Shown one piece after another: positions 37,472 through 47,137 of a stretch of 64,000 nt of DNA. Under the pieces are notes generated by a model. The model was not told where the DNA came from. It did not search any database and saw only the letters and a program-made list of their open reading frames with translations. Every line of letters starts with the position of its first letter. Positions within the stretch are counted from its first letter, which is position 1. The DNA comes from Candidatus Latescibacterota bacterium (GTDB lineage: Bacteria; Latescibacterota; UBA2968; UBA8231): the NCBI GenBank assembly GCA_965204725.1, contig OZ242005.1:768001-832000 (forward strand), read 5' to 3'. The position numbers and the translations under genes were made by a program.

Positions 37472-38497
37472 CTACTCTCGTCTAATTTCATACTTGGCAT
37501 TTTCTGAAGCTATCAAAATGGATTTTTCGCCCCAAGATAGATTGAGCTCTAAAGGAAGCCTGTTGTCAATTACTTCTATTGCATGTATCGGTGGTCGTAT
37601 GTACTTCTTCACATAAACCGATAGAATTTGCCCTGCGTTACGCTCTATGTGTTCCCATGCTTCTTCCCCAGCCATAGCAATACCATTCGCGTTTATAAAT
37701 GCTTCGGCTAATTCCGTAAGACGAGGCGATGGAGTTGGATCCAACACGAGAAGGACAGGGGTAAATCCTGCCACTCGGCATTCTCGCGGAAAAGATAATT
37801 CCTCAGAAAAACGGCCCTGACCGCTTGCCGCAATGGTAACTCTGAGTTTGAATTCGTATGCCAAGTTTCCCTCTGCTAAAAAACAATCAATTTGACGGCC
37901 GTTTTTAGTTGAATTTCCGTTCTCATCTAAGCGTTTTACTGGTGAATTTCGCGCTCCAATAGGTTCTCCTCCTAAACAGCTCGCGAGAATAGGTTCAAAT
38001 AGATATCCCGTTTCTTGTGCAGATCGATTATCAATATCGTATATCCACTTTCTCCAAGTCATCCAGCTAAACAAAAGTTCAAGGTCACATAATCCAAATT
38101 CCAAGAGACTCCGAGGGCCAATCTGATCGGCTTGTGCAAGGGGCTGTGTCTCCAGAATTCGCTGGTACTTCACCCGTCGTCTATGGAGGGCGCATAGATT
38201 CTGAATATAGAGAGCAAAGTCGGGATGTTTCCCAACCGCATTGTCGAGTGCATGTAACAGCACCTTTGGGTTGGCATGAGGTATTTCACTTGTGGAAAAC
38301 CACGTTATAGGAATTTGGTAGTAGTCATTGGGAATTTCTATGTCGGATAACCCGAACTCAGCGAGAGGCCAGTTGAGATCTCGCATACTGATTGACAAAA
38401 GAACGTATAGTTCAGAGTCGGATATAATTACCTGTGCATCTCCCGTTCCGTGGATTTTGCACTTGCTCAGTAGGTGTCGAATTGAAGTAGTAGTCAT
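37472..38497 (-). CDS. type II restriction endonuclease, ApaLI-like
   Basis: WRK..YD.DNRSAQETGYLFEPILA, GRQIDC, AYEFKLRVTIAASGQGRF, LVLDPT match R.ApaLI as recalled; AT-rich; follows a C5-methyltransferase. Confidence 0.8.
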   Translation of the reverse strand: MTTTSIRHLLSKCKIHGTGDAQVIISDSELYVLLSISMRDLNWPLAEFGLSDIEIPNDYYQIPITWFSTSEIPHANPKVLLHALDNAVGKHPDFALYIQNLCALHRRRVKYQRILETQPLAQADQIGPRSLLEFGLCDLELLFSWMTWRKWIYDIDNRSAQETGYLFEPILASCLGGEPIGARNSPVKRLDENGNSTKNGRQIDCFLAEGNLAYEFKLRVTIAASGQGRFSEELSFPRECRVAGFTPVLLVLDPTPSPRLTELAEAFINANGIAMAGEEAWEHIERNAGQILSVYVKKYIRPPIHAIEVIDNRLPLELNLSWGEKSILIASENAKYEIRRE

Positions 38498-38503
38498 AAA
38501 ACC

Positions 38504-39748
38504 TTACCCAAATAAGGTATCATTCCTTTTTAGCCGCTCTAGCAATCGCGCCGTCTTTCTGAGTACTGGACTCATTGCCGACGCCTTGGTCAAAGTGAAC
38601 CCTATCAGTGTTCCGTCTCCCATTTTTTCATTTGGCAAAAATCCATAACTTTTGATGTGTTCAGCAAAAATCTGTGCGAGTTTTGGCGGAATCGCATTGC
38701 CAATGTGCCGTATCTTATCAGACGCATTTCCCAAAAAGACAAACGAGTCTGGAAAAGTTTGGATTCTAGCGCACTCTCTAATAGTCAATGGCCGATCTTC
38801 AATGGGATGGATAAACTCTCGGCAAGCAGCCCCGGTAATCGTTAGACACGGCTCATCAAAGTGTAGTCTTTTCAGACCAGAAGGAGCACCTCCCCTTTTA
38901 TCTGAGGGCGTTCCATCCATTACCCGCCTATAGGCTCTTCTCCTAAAAGAACTGTGCTGCAACTCTGCGGGAAGATCCTTCATGGTTTGGCCTGGTTTTA
39001 AGGCGCGAATGCGCTCTGCTTGTGTATCATGAAGTAATGGACTAAAGTGATCTTCTATCTCACTAGTTCCATTCCGTATTTCACCTGCGGCAGAACTATA
39101 TCTCACCGCTTGATCCTTATTGGCAGACGGTTCGGGTAAATCGCCTATTGCATGCCTGAGCGTCAAGTTTGATTTTCTAAAAATAGCTCCATGAATATGC
39201 AGCACGGGCTGAGGCAAACCAAAATCGAGCCCCAAGCGATTGCCGATTACCAAAACGCGCTTTCTTCTCTGTGGAACTCCGTATTCGTGGGCATAGATTT
39301 TATCGACGCGTACCCGGTAGCCCAATTCGATAAATGCTTTGGTCGCTTCATATATGTACTCTCCACTTTTCGCCGTTAAAAGCCCTTCTACATTTTCCAT
39401 AATAAACCACTTTGGACCCATTATTTTTAGGGATTTAACATAGCTTTTTAATAAGCTATTCCTTGGGTCGTCCCAAAATTTGGCTCCAGCCGTGCTAAAG
39501 CCCTGACAAGGCGGCCCGCCAATTAAAACATCCAGCTCCCCTGCTTTAATTTTTAGTTTGTCGAGCAACGCACCAAAGTCAAACTCTCGCACATCACCTC
39601 GGGCGCAAATAGTATCTAGAAAGTTAGCTCTATAGGTCTTAACCGCCGCTAGGTCGCTGTCTAGGGCATACAGGATTTGATAACCAGCTTTCTTGAATCC
39701 CAATGAGCAACCACCTGCTCCGGCGAAAAGACTAAGCGCATTCGGCAT
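38504..39748 (-). CDS. DNA (cytosine-5)-methyltransferase
   Basis: LFAGAGG, GGPPCQGFS, ENV, PQRRKR, RECARIQTFPD, GNAIP. Confidence 0.95.
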   Translation of the reverse strand: MPNALSLFAGAGGCSLGFKKAGYQILYALDSDLAAVKTYRANFLDTICARGDVREFDFGALLDKLKIKAGELDVLIGGPPCQGFSTAGAKFWDDPRNSLLKSYVKSLKIMGPKWFIMENVEGLLTAKSGEYIYEATKAFIELGYRVRVDKIYAHEYGVPQRRKRVLVIGNRLGLDFGLPQPVLHIHGAIFRKSNLTLRHAIGDLPEPSANKDQAVRYSSAAGEIRNGTSEIEDHFSPLLHDTQAERIRALKPGQTMKDLPAELQHSSFRRRAYRRVMDGTPSDKRGGAPSGLKRLHFDEPCLTITGAACREFIHPIEDRPLTIRECARIQTFPDSFVFLGNASDKIRHIGNAIPPKLAQIFAEHIKSYGFLPNEKMGDGTLIGFTLTKASAMSPVLRKTARLLERLKRNDTLFG

Positions 39749-39796
39749 CGTTGCTATCCTTTGCTGGGGGGCGTCCATGAAGCTCCTGAGCACTCC

Positions 39797-40696
39797 TCAT
39801 CGCGCCAACGCCCGGCGCAACGCCCCTTCCAATTCGGGATACGCGAACTCAAAACCAGCCTCCAACAACCGCGTCGGCCGCACCCGCTGGCTGGCCAGCA
39901 ACCCCTCCTCGGCCAACTCGCCCAAAAGCAACTTGGCTACCAACGCCGGCAGCGGCAACCACGTCGGCCGGCGCAACACGCGCCCCAACGTCCGCGTCAA
40001 CTCGGCGTTGGTCACCGGCTGCGGTGCCGTCAGGTTCACCGGCCCGCGCAAGGCGTCATTTTCCACGGCGTATATCAGCGCTGCCACCGCGTCCTCCAAG
40101 CCAATCCAGCTAACGTACTGCCGACCGTCGCCGACCTTGCCCCCCATCCCCAAGCGGAAGGGCAACAGCATCTTGGCCAAGGCCCCGCCCTCGCGGCTGA
40201 TTACCACGCCTAAGCGAGCGTGGACGACGCGGATGCCGGCCTCGGATGCCACCGCACTCGCCCCTTCCCACGCCGTGCCCAACTCGGCCAAAAACCCTGC
40301 GCCCGGGCCGCTCTCTTCGTCGAGCACCTCGTCGCCCCGATTCCCGTAAATGCCAATGGCCGACGCGCTAATCAGCACCGGCGGGGGCGCGTCCAACTCG
40401 GCCAAGCGTGCAGCGAGCAGCTCGGTGGTCTGCACTCGACTCTGTCGCAACTCGTCCTTGACGCGGGCCGTCCACCGCCGCGCTGCAATGTTCGCCCCCC
40501 CCAAATGCACCACCGCTTCCATCCCCTGTAGAGCCGCTTGCTCCAACTCGCCGGCAGCTGGGTCCCAGCGCACCGCTCCGCATACCGCCGGTCCCCGCAC
40601 CAAGCGCACCACCTCGTGTCCGTCGCGCTCCAAGCGGCGACAGAGCGCCGTACCAATCAAGCCGCTGCTGCCAGCTATCAGTACCTTCACTCGCAA
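39797..40696 (-). CDS. TIGR01777-family NAD-dependent epimerase/oxidoreductase
   Basis: GSSGLIG, SASAIGIYG, GGKVGDGRQYVSWI, P.RLLEAGFEF.YP. Confidence 0.9.
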   Translation of the reverse strand: MRVKVLIAGSSGLIGTALCRRLERDGHEVVRLVRGPAVCGAVRWDPAAGELEQAALQGMEAVVHLGGANIAARRWTARVKDELRQSRVQTTELLAARLAELDAPPPVLISASAIGIYGNRGDEVLDEESGPGAGFLAELGTAWEGASAVASEAGIRVVHARLGVVISREGGALAKMLLPFRLGMGGKVGDGRQYVSWIGLEDAVAALIYAVENDALRGPVNLTAPQPVTNAELTRTLGRVLRRPTWLPLPALVAKLLLGELAEEGLLASQRVRPTRLLEAGFEFAYPELEGALRRALAR

Positions 40697-41799
40697 TCTC
40701 CTTTCTCATCTAATTGCGGCAACACCGCGTGCAGCACCCTCGCAAAGGCTTGCCGCTCGGCGGCTGGCCCCACAGTCAGACGAATGCAGCGGTTGAGCGG
40801 GGCCACGCCCGGCATCCGCACGAAGACCCCGTGCTGCAAAAGCACCTGCATCAGGCCGCTCGCCCGCGAGCCACTGCCCACGTCGAGGGCCACGAAATTG
40901 GTCGCCGAGGGGACCGTTTTCAGGCCCAAGGCCATTGCTAGCTGGGCGTACTCCCGCCGGCCTTCCTCGACTTGCCGCACCACTTGCCGCACGAACTCGT
41001 CGTCGGCCAGCGAAGCCAGCGCCCCGGCTTGGGCGATGCGGTTGACGCCAAAGTGGTTGCGAACCTTGTCGAGCGCGGCCACCACGCGGCGGTGCGCCAG
41101 CGCGTAGCCGATTCTGGCCCCGGCCATGCCGTGCGCCTTGGAAAACGTCCGCAGCCGCACCACTTGGGCTTGCTCCATATCCAGCGGCAGGTGCGCGGGT
41201 GCGGGCGCGAAGTCGCTGTACGCCTCGTCGAGCAGGAGCACACAGCCCGGCGGCAACTCCGCGATGCACTCCCGCAACTCGTCGGCCCGCTGATAGGTGC
41301 CCATGGGGTTGTCCGGGTTGGCCACGTAAAGCAGCTTGGGGCGCACTTGCCGCGCCTTGGCCAACAGGGCCGGCAAATCCTCCCGATCGGCGCGATAGGG
41401 CACCTTGTGCAATATGGCCCCGTGCCCCTCGACGTGGTAGTTGAACGTGGGATAGGCCCCCAGCGAGGTCACTACCGAGTCGCCCGGCGCGACAAACAGG
41501 CGCACCAAAAGCCCCAAGAGCTCGTCAATGCCCGCCCCCAAGGCGACTTCTTCCCGCGCCACCTCGTGCCGCAACGCCAGCGCCGAACGCAGCTCGTACC
41601 CCTCTGGGTCGTTGTACCAATGCACTTGATCCACCGCCGCCACCATGGCCTGCCGCGCCCGCGGCGAGATCCCGAAATTACTCTCATTGGCTCCAACCCG
41701 CAGGGCGAGCGGCTGCCCCTGCTGCCTTTCGAGGGCCTCGGGCGGCACAAAGGGGACGGTCGGCGGCAGGGCGCGGACGATGCGCGTGAACGGCAGCAC
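40687..41799 (-). CDS. PLP-dependent aminotransferase class I/II (HisC-like)
   Basis: GANESNFG, NPDNPMG, DEAY, RTFSKAHGMAGARIGY. Confidence 0.9.
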   Translation of the reverse strand: MLPFTRIVRALPPTVPFVPPEALERQQGQPLALRVGANESNFGISPRARQAMVAAVDQVHWYNDPEGYELRSALALRHEVAREEVALGAGIDELLGLLVRLFVAPGDSVVTSLGAYPTFNYHVEGHGAILHKVPYRADREDLPALLAKARQVRPKLLYVANPDNPMGTYQRADELRECIAELPPGCVLLLDEAYSDFAPAPAHLPLDMEQAQVVRLRTFSKAHGMAGARIGYALAHRRVVAALDKVRNHFGVNRIAQAGALASLADDEFVRQVVRQVEEGRREYAQLAMALGLKTVPSATNFVALDVGSGSRASGLMQVLLQHGVFVRMPGVAPLNRCIRLTVGPAAERQAFARVLHAVLPQLDEKGDCE

Positions 41800-41802
41800 G
41801 GG

Positions 41803-42630
41803 TTAAGACCACACGTAGATTTCCTCGTCGTCTTCGGCATAGCCAATGAAGACGGCGAGCACCGCACGCGGATTGTCCCCCTGCACCGCTGGGACCTCGT
41901 GGATGCAGCGCGTATTGAAGAAATACAAATCGCCCGGCTCGAGCGCGACCTCGCAGTGCTCCACGCCGTGCGCGGCCGCATAGTCGTGAAAACGGCCGGC
42001 GGCAATATACGGCTGTATCGCTTCGGTCCACAGGCAGCGGTGCAACACGGCTTGCACCCCAAGCCCCGCAGAATCCGCGTTTTGCACGCACAACACGCCG
42101 GCAAATTGGTGGGTAAAGCGCGACACCTCAAAGTTGAATCGCTTTTCGCGCAGGACCACGTGGTCGATGTGCGGTTGATAGGCGTGGCTCTCGTAGTGGA
42201 TGCGAAAGATGGCCGGGCCGTACAAGCGCCCGTCGCGCTCGCACGCCGTCTTAACCGCCTTGTTGGGTGCCAACGCCTGCAAGTGGCGGTAAAGCAGTTG
42301 CACTGGGTCGCGTAAGCCCGCGAAAAGGGTGGCAAAAAGCGCGTGCGTCTCCTCCGCATGAGCCAAGAACGCCTCTGGGTCGGCGCCCATGTTGCCGAGG
42401 CTGGTGCCAATGTCAACGCGCGTGCGCTCGTCGCCTTGGGCGCGCAGCAACCCGCGCTCGCCAAAGCGCTCCATCAGCCGCTGGCAATCGGCTGGTGGGT
42501 AGCTTTGGGGCAGCAAGATCGCCGGTATATCCGCCCGGGCCAAGGCGCGGAGCGGGTCGGCGCACTCGTCCGGGCCGACGGGCCGCCAAGATGAACTCGC
42601 GGCGTTTTCTTGGTACGTCGTTCTCTGCAA
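41803..42630 (-). CDS. putative 2OG-Fe(II) oxygenase
   Basis: PHID (HxD), PGDLYFFN..CIHEV, distal R. Confidence 0.65.
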   Translation of the reverse strand: MQRTTYQENAASSSWRPVGPDECADPLRALARADIPAILLPQSYPPADCQRLMERFGERGLLRAQGDERTRVDIGTSLGNMGADPEAFLAHAEETHALFATLFAGLRDPVQLLYRHLQALAPNKAVKTACERDGRLYGPAIFRIHYESHAYQPHIDHVVLREKRFNFEVSRFTHQFAGVLCVQNADSAGLGVQAVLHRCLWTEAIQPYIAAGRFHDYAAAHGVEHCEVALEPGDLYFFNTRCIHEVPAVQGDNPRAVLAVFIGYAEDDEEIYVWS

Positions 42631-42719
42631 ATCGAAAACCTCACTATAGATAGCGTTACGCGGAAAAATTCAACAAAGCCTTCCTTCAGCATGTATGTCG
42701 GCATCTACGCGATGCGTTT

Positions 42720-45545
42720 TCACAGACTCGCGAATATCGACAAAAACGCCAATCCCGCCGCTCGCGTCTCGCGCTCTCGCCCGACCACCTCCAATGAGCG
42801 TCGGTCAAAGCGCAACCCGATCTGAGTCGTCAATGCGTAGCCCAAGTACTCTCGCTGATTGCTCAACTGCGCCGCCCACACCATGCCGCGAAAATCCCCG
42901 GTCAGCACGTTGTCCGCGAGGGCCTTTTCGTCCCGCAGCAACTCGAAGAACAACCGCTGCTCAAACCCCAATTCAAGCTCTGAATTTCGCATCGCGGGGA
43001 AGCGGACCAACAGCGACCCGATCCCGTCCCAAGACCGGCTCCGACGCTCGGCCAAGGAAAAGGGCGATTGGCTGAGGAACTCGCTTTTGAAGCGGGGCGA
43101 GATCGCGACTGCGCCCCACGCGAAAACGCCGTCGATCTTGTCGACCAATCCCACAAAACCAGAGGTCTCGCGGCCATCGCGGCCCGAGCCAGCGCGCTGG
43201 TGCCACCAGTCCCAGCGGAAGCGGTGCTTCGTCGTCCAGCGTCGCGGATGGGCGTACTCCCATTCGGCGTAAAACGCATTGATCCAAGTGTCCTCGGCCG
43301 CCAGCAAATCGGGCACGGCGATGTGCTGGCCGCTCGTCTGCCCGGCCGCTCCAAATTCGAGCGTCGGCACGATCCACTGGGACAACGGATCGGGAATGGT
43401 GTCTGCGGCCTTCTTGAGCATGTCGAAAACCCGCACCCGGCCGCGCCCGGACCAATCCCGTTCAAAGGTGACAAGCCCATACGCGGTGTGGTTTTTGCGG
43501 TCGGCTTGGCGCAGGTCTTGGCGCAGGTAGCCGGCCGCAAGGCGGACTTGGGGATGGACCTCTACGCTAATATAGGCGTTGTAGCCCCAGTGGTCCTTCT
43601 TGTAGGGATAGTCGGGCAAATCGTCGTTTTCAAAACGCTCGGCCACGCCGTTGTTGTTGAGGTCCATGCCAAAGAGGAACGCCGGCCGGTCCGAGTGATG
43701 GCGCAGAAACGGCTCTTCGTAGTCGGGGAAGAAATTTCTGTTCTGGTTAAAATCAGAGATGAAATCGCCGTTTTCGTCGTACCCGGGAAAGACGGCCGGA
43801 TCGGGTACGCCGTCTGAGCGCACCTGAAAGTTGCCCAGCGCGGTCGATTGCGGCGGCACTAACCCGCCTTGGAAAAACCGCTTCTGGTCCGGGTGGCGGT
43901 CCTGATCGTCGTTGTCATCGACAAAGTCGTAGAGCCGGTCGGTGGCTTCGGGCGAATAGTCAACCAAGCCGCGGCTATCGACGGGCTTGAAACTGGTGGC
44001 GTAGGCGTCGTCCATGCCAAAGCCTTCGAGGGAGAAGCGCCACGGGGGGGCGTACCGCACGAGATTGAACAGCCAACCCACGGCGTGGGCGTCGCCTTGA
44101 ATGCCGGAAAACGAGCGATGCGAGGTGCGCGTCGTCGAAGGGAACTGGCGGTACTGGGTGCTGACGTTGAACTCGCCGTACCAGTCGAAGCCCCACCAGT
44201 CGCGCACCTCGGCCGTAATACCGGCGACCTGCAAGGCGGTCGGCAGGCCGTAGTCAAATACGACCTCGCGCGGATTGAGCTGGTTTTTGACGTTGCCAGC
44301 GGCCCGCGTCACCACCAGAAACTCCGGGATGCCAAGGCGGTTGTTCTGCCGGTCCGAGGCCACTTCGATCCGGTAGTCGTTGGCTAAAACCAAGCGGAAG
44401 CGCACGTTTTTGACGCGGGTGATGGCGTCGTCGGCCTCGTCCAGCCCCAGCCCCAATCGGCGCTGCAAGGCCAAGCGCAAGGTGCCCTCTTCGCTTTCGC
44501 CCTCTTCGGCCGCCAACGCATATTGCAGCACAATGCGCTCGGTTCCCTCGGCCCGCAAGAACCCACCGCGTTCCTCCCCACCCTCTATCACCGGCCCAAA
44601 GCCAATGCTGCTGCCGGTGAACGTGGTGTCCTTAAAGACCATCCGCTCCCCGCCTTCCACTGGCACCGGCCGCCGGAGGGCGGTGGTGATCTCCACCTCG
44701 GCGCTGAACAACACCGGCCCGCCCACGCCGTCGGCGGGCGAATCGTCGGACAGCCGCACGATCAGCTTGTTGAGCCGCCGGCCCAACTGCCCGGTCGTCA
44801 GCACTCCTTTGAGGGGATTGCCGGCAAAGCTCTCGCGGTTGCCGGCCCCATTGTGGGCGTTGACCAACGTCAGGCCCAAGGTCGCGTGGGCACCCCAATC
44901 GGCCTCTAGGCGACCGGCGACCAAGCTGGTGAAGTTGTCCTGCGCGGCAGTCGGAATATCCGGGTCGATCTCCACGATGGGTAGGCTCGGGCGCGCAAAC
45001 AAGCCGGTGAAGCGAAAACGCCGCCCGGCCAAGCTGGTCACCACGCCATTGAAGCCGACCTTGCGAAAGGTCATCGGCGTCAGGGTGGCGAAGATCTCGT
45101 CGCCGATCATCAGCGAGTAGTTGTAGTCGCCGCTGGCATCCGAAGAGATGATCAGCCGGTTGAACCAAGTGGCGTACCGCCGCTCTTTGGTCAGCTCGCT
45201 GCTGGCGACCGTGCGCGCCTGCGTCTGTCGCCAGTCGTACACCAGCCAGCCGCGCGAGACCAGCTTGCCGTAGGTATCGTAGAAATGCGAACCCTCCTGA
45301 TTGCGGTCAATGTAACGCCGGTACGGCTCGGTGGCATAGTTGGTGTAACGCCACTGGCGGCGGCCGTACTCGTCGAACAATTCCTGCGGCATGTACCAGC
45401 GCATGACCGTGGGGTCCAAAGCACCCATCAGCACACTCGGCCCTTGGGCCTCGAAGCGGACTTCGCCCCGTTCCGGCCGCCCGGTCTGCGCTCCGCCCGA
45501 CACGGCCAGTGCCAAGACCAACGCTATGTTAGCTACCCAACGCAC
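42720..45545 (-). CDS. large exported protein (941 aa), paralogue of 47134-49911; putative outer-membrane protein
   Basis: Signal peptide; DDNDDQDRHPD and DENGDFISDFNQN motifs; amphipathic beta-strand-like C-terminus. Confidence 0.75.
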   Translation of the reverse strand: MRWVANIALVLALAVSGGAQTGRPERGEVRFEAQGPSVLMGALDPTVMRWYMPQELFDEYGRRQWRYTNYATEPYRRYIDRNQEGSHFYDTYGKLVSRGWLVYDWRQTQARTVASSELTKERRYATWFNRLIISSDASGDYNYSLMIGDEIFATLTPMTFRKVGFNGVVTSLAGRRFRFTGLFARPSLPIVEIDPDIPTAAQDNFTSLVAGRLEADWGAHATLGLTLVNAHNGAGNRESFAGNPLKGVLTTGQLGRRLNKLIVRLSDDSPADGVGGPVLFSAEVEITTALRRPVPVEGGERMVFKDTTFTGSSIGFGPVIEGGEERGGFLRAEGTERIVLQYALAAEEGESEEGTLRLALQRRLGLGLDEADDAITRVKNVRFRLVLANDYRIEVASDRQNNRLGIPEFLVVTRAAGNVKNQLNPREVVFDYGLPTALQVAGITAEVRDWWGFDWYGEFNVSTQYRQFPSTTRTSHRSFSGIQGDAHAVGWLFNLVRYAPPWRFSLEGFGMDDAYATSFKPVDSRGLVDYSPEATDRLYDFVDDNDDQDRHPDQKRFFQGGLVPPQSTALGNFQVRSDGVPDPAVFPGYDENGDFISDFNQNRNFFPDYEEPFLRHHSDRPAFLFGMDLNNNGVAERFENDDLPDYPYKKDHWGYNAYISVEVHPQVRLAAGYLRQDLRQADRKNHTAYGLVTFERDWSGRGRVRVFDMLKKAADTIPDPLSQWIVPTLEFGAAGQTSGQHIAVPDLLAAEDTWINAFYAEWEYAHPRRWTTKHRFRWDWWHQRAGSGRDGRETSGFVGLVDKIDGVFAWGAVAISPRFKSEFLSQSPFSLAERRSRSWDGIGSLLVRFPAMRNSELELGFEQRLFFELLRDEKALADNVLTGDFRGMVWAAQLSNQREYLGYALTTQIGLRFDRRSLEVVGRERETRAAGLAFLSIFASL

Positions 45546-45548
45546 GGT

Positions 45549-47137
45549 TCACAGCTTTTCCAAGCTGCCTTCGACAATTTCTACCGGGTACTTATTCCGC
45601 AAATGGCGCACGAACCGCACGTACTCCCTTTTCGACTTGTCGATCCGCACATAAGCCCGAGCGCGGCGCTGGGACTCGGCGTTGTACGGAATCGGCTCGC
45701 GGGTGCGCTCCAGCACCTTAAAGACCGAATAGCCTCGCTCGGTCTTCAACGGCCCGCCCACCTCGCCGACTGCGACCTCCCGCACGGCCGCCGACAGCAC
45801 GGGAAACAGCCCTTGGGTGTAGGCGTTGATTTGCATCTGGCCGTCGTGGTGCAAGCTGCCTTCGCGCTGGGTGTGGTGCTGGGCCAACGCGGCCGCATCG
45901 CCCCCGGCGCGCAACTCGTCGGCCAACCGCTGGGCCAGCGAATCCGACGCCACCAAAACCTCGACGATGGTCGCGGTTTCGGGCCGGGTAAACTTTTCGG
46001 GATGCGCGTCGTAAAACGCCCGCGCCTCTTCTGCGCTGACGCGCACATGCTGATCGACCTCCCGGCGGCGCAACGCGCTGAGCAGCAGCTCCTCGCGCTT
46101 AAACGCCACGGTCTCTTTGAAACGCGCATCCTCGGCCAAGCCGGCCGCCTCAATCTCGGCCGTCGCGAACAAGTCGGGCAGCACCCGGTCGTGCAAAAAC
46201 TCGGCCACGTGTGCGCTGTCGGTCGCCTGTAAGCTCCGGCCGGTGAGCCGCTCGTAGGCCGCCAAAAAACCGCCGATGGTGAGTTCGCCGCCCCGATACG
46301 CACACAGGACTTGGGCTTGGTCCGCCATGACCCCGCGCTCGACGAGCTGCTCAATCGCGGCCGGACGCGGCGCGGGCGCGTAGGCTTGCCCGAGCGAATC
46401 GCGGAGCGACTGCAACCGCTCTTGGCGCTTTTGCACCGTCAGCTCTTCGACGATGACCTGCTCCGACGCGCTCAGGGGCGCTGGAATCTCGTCGAGGACT
46501 TTGTAGATCACGTAATAATCCTCATGGCCGAAAACCTCGCGCACCGGCGCGGAAACGCCCCCGATCGCCAACCCGAGGACCTGTTCGACCGTCTCCGCCG
46601 ACATCTGGTCGCGGGTCTGGTAAATGCCGGTGTCGCCGCCCCGCACCGCGGTCTTCGAGTGAACCGAGTGTGCGCGAGCCAGCTCGTGGAAATCGGCACC
46701 GGCCGCGAGCCGGTCGGTAATCGCCCGGGCCTCCGCCAAGCTCGCGACCATGATGCCGCCCAAGCGCAGGGCGCGGTGCCGGCCACTCTCGCGGTAGTGC
46801 CGCTCTATTTCTGCGGGGGTCATTGCGATCTGGGCGACGATCGCGTGCTCCATGTACAGTGCCATCAGCCGAGCGCGTTTGAAGCGGGCCAGCTCGCCTT
46901 TGAACCAACCGTCTTCCGCCATATTGGCCGCGTCCGCTGCGCGCAGGAGCAGCTTTTTGTCGATCAGGCTTTCGAGCACTTGGCGCGGCCCTTCCTGTTT
47001 CATCCCCGCGGGAATCCGCGCGTCGAAATCCCGGAACTCGGCCGCGGTAATCGGCTCGCCATCCACTCGGGCCAGCACCCGCTCCTCGGGCGATTGGGCG
47101 CAGCCGAGGGCTGCGAGCACCAGCAAACCGGCCTCAC
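45549..47137 (-). CDS. double-PpiC (parvulin) peptidyl-prolyl isomerase, probable lipoprotein; start uncertain
   Basis: LAALG-C lipobox, VLARVDGEPIT, AGADFHELARAHS..RGGD, second domain GEVGGPLKTERGYSVFKV. Confidence 0.8.

Noticed and set aside
40972-42464. Long alternative-frame ORFs (447 aa on +, 330 aa on -)
   Set aside because: They overlap well-supported genes and are typical GC-rich shadow ORFs.
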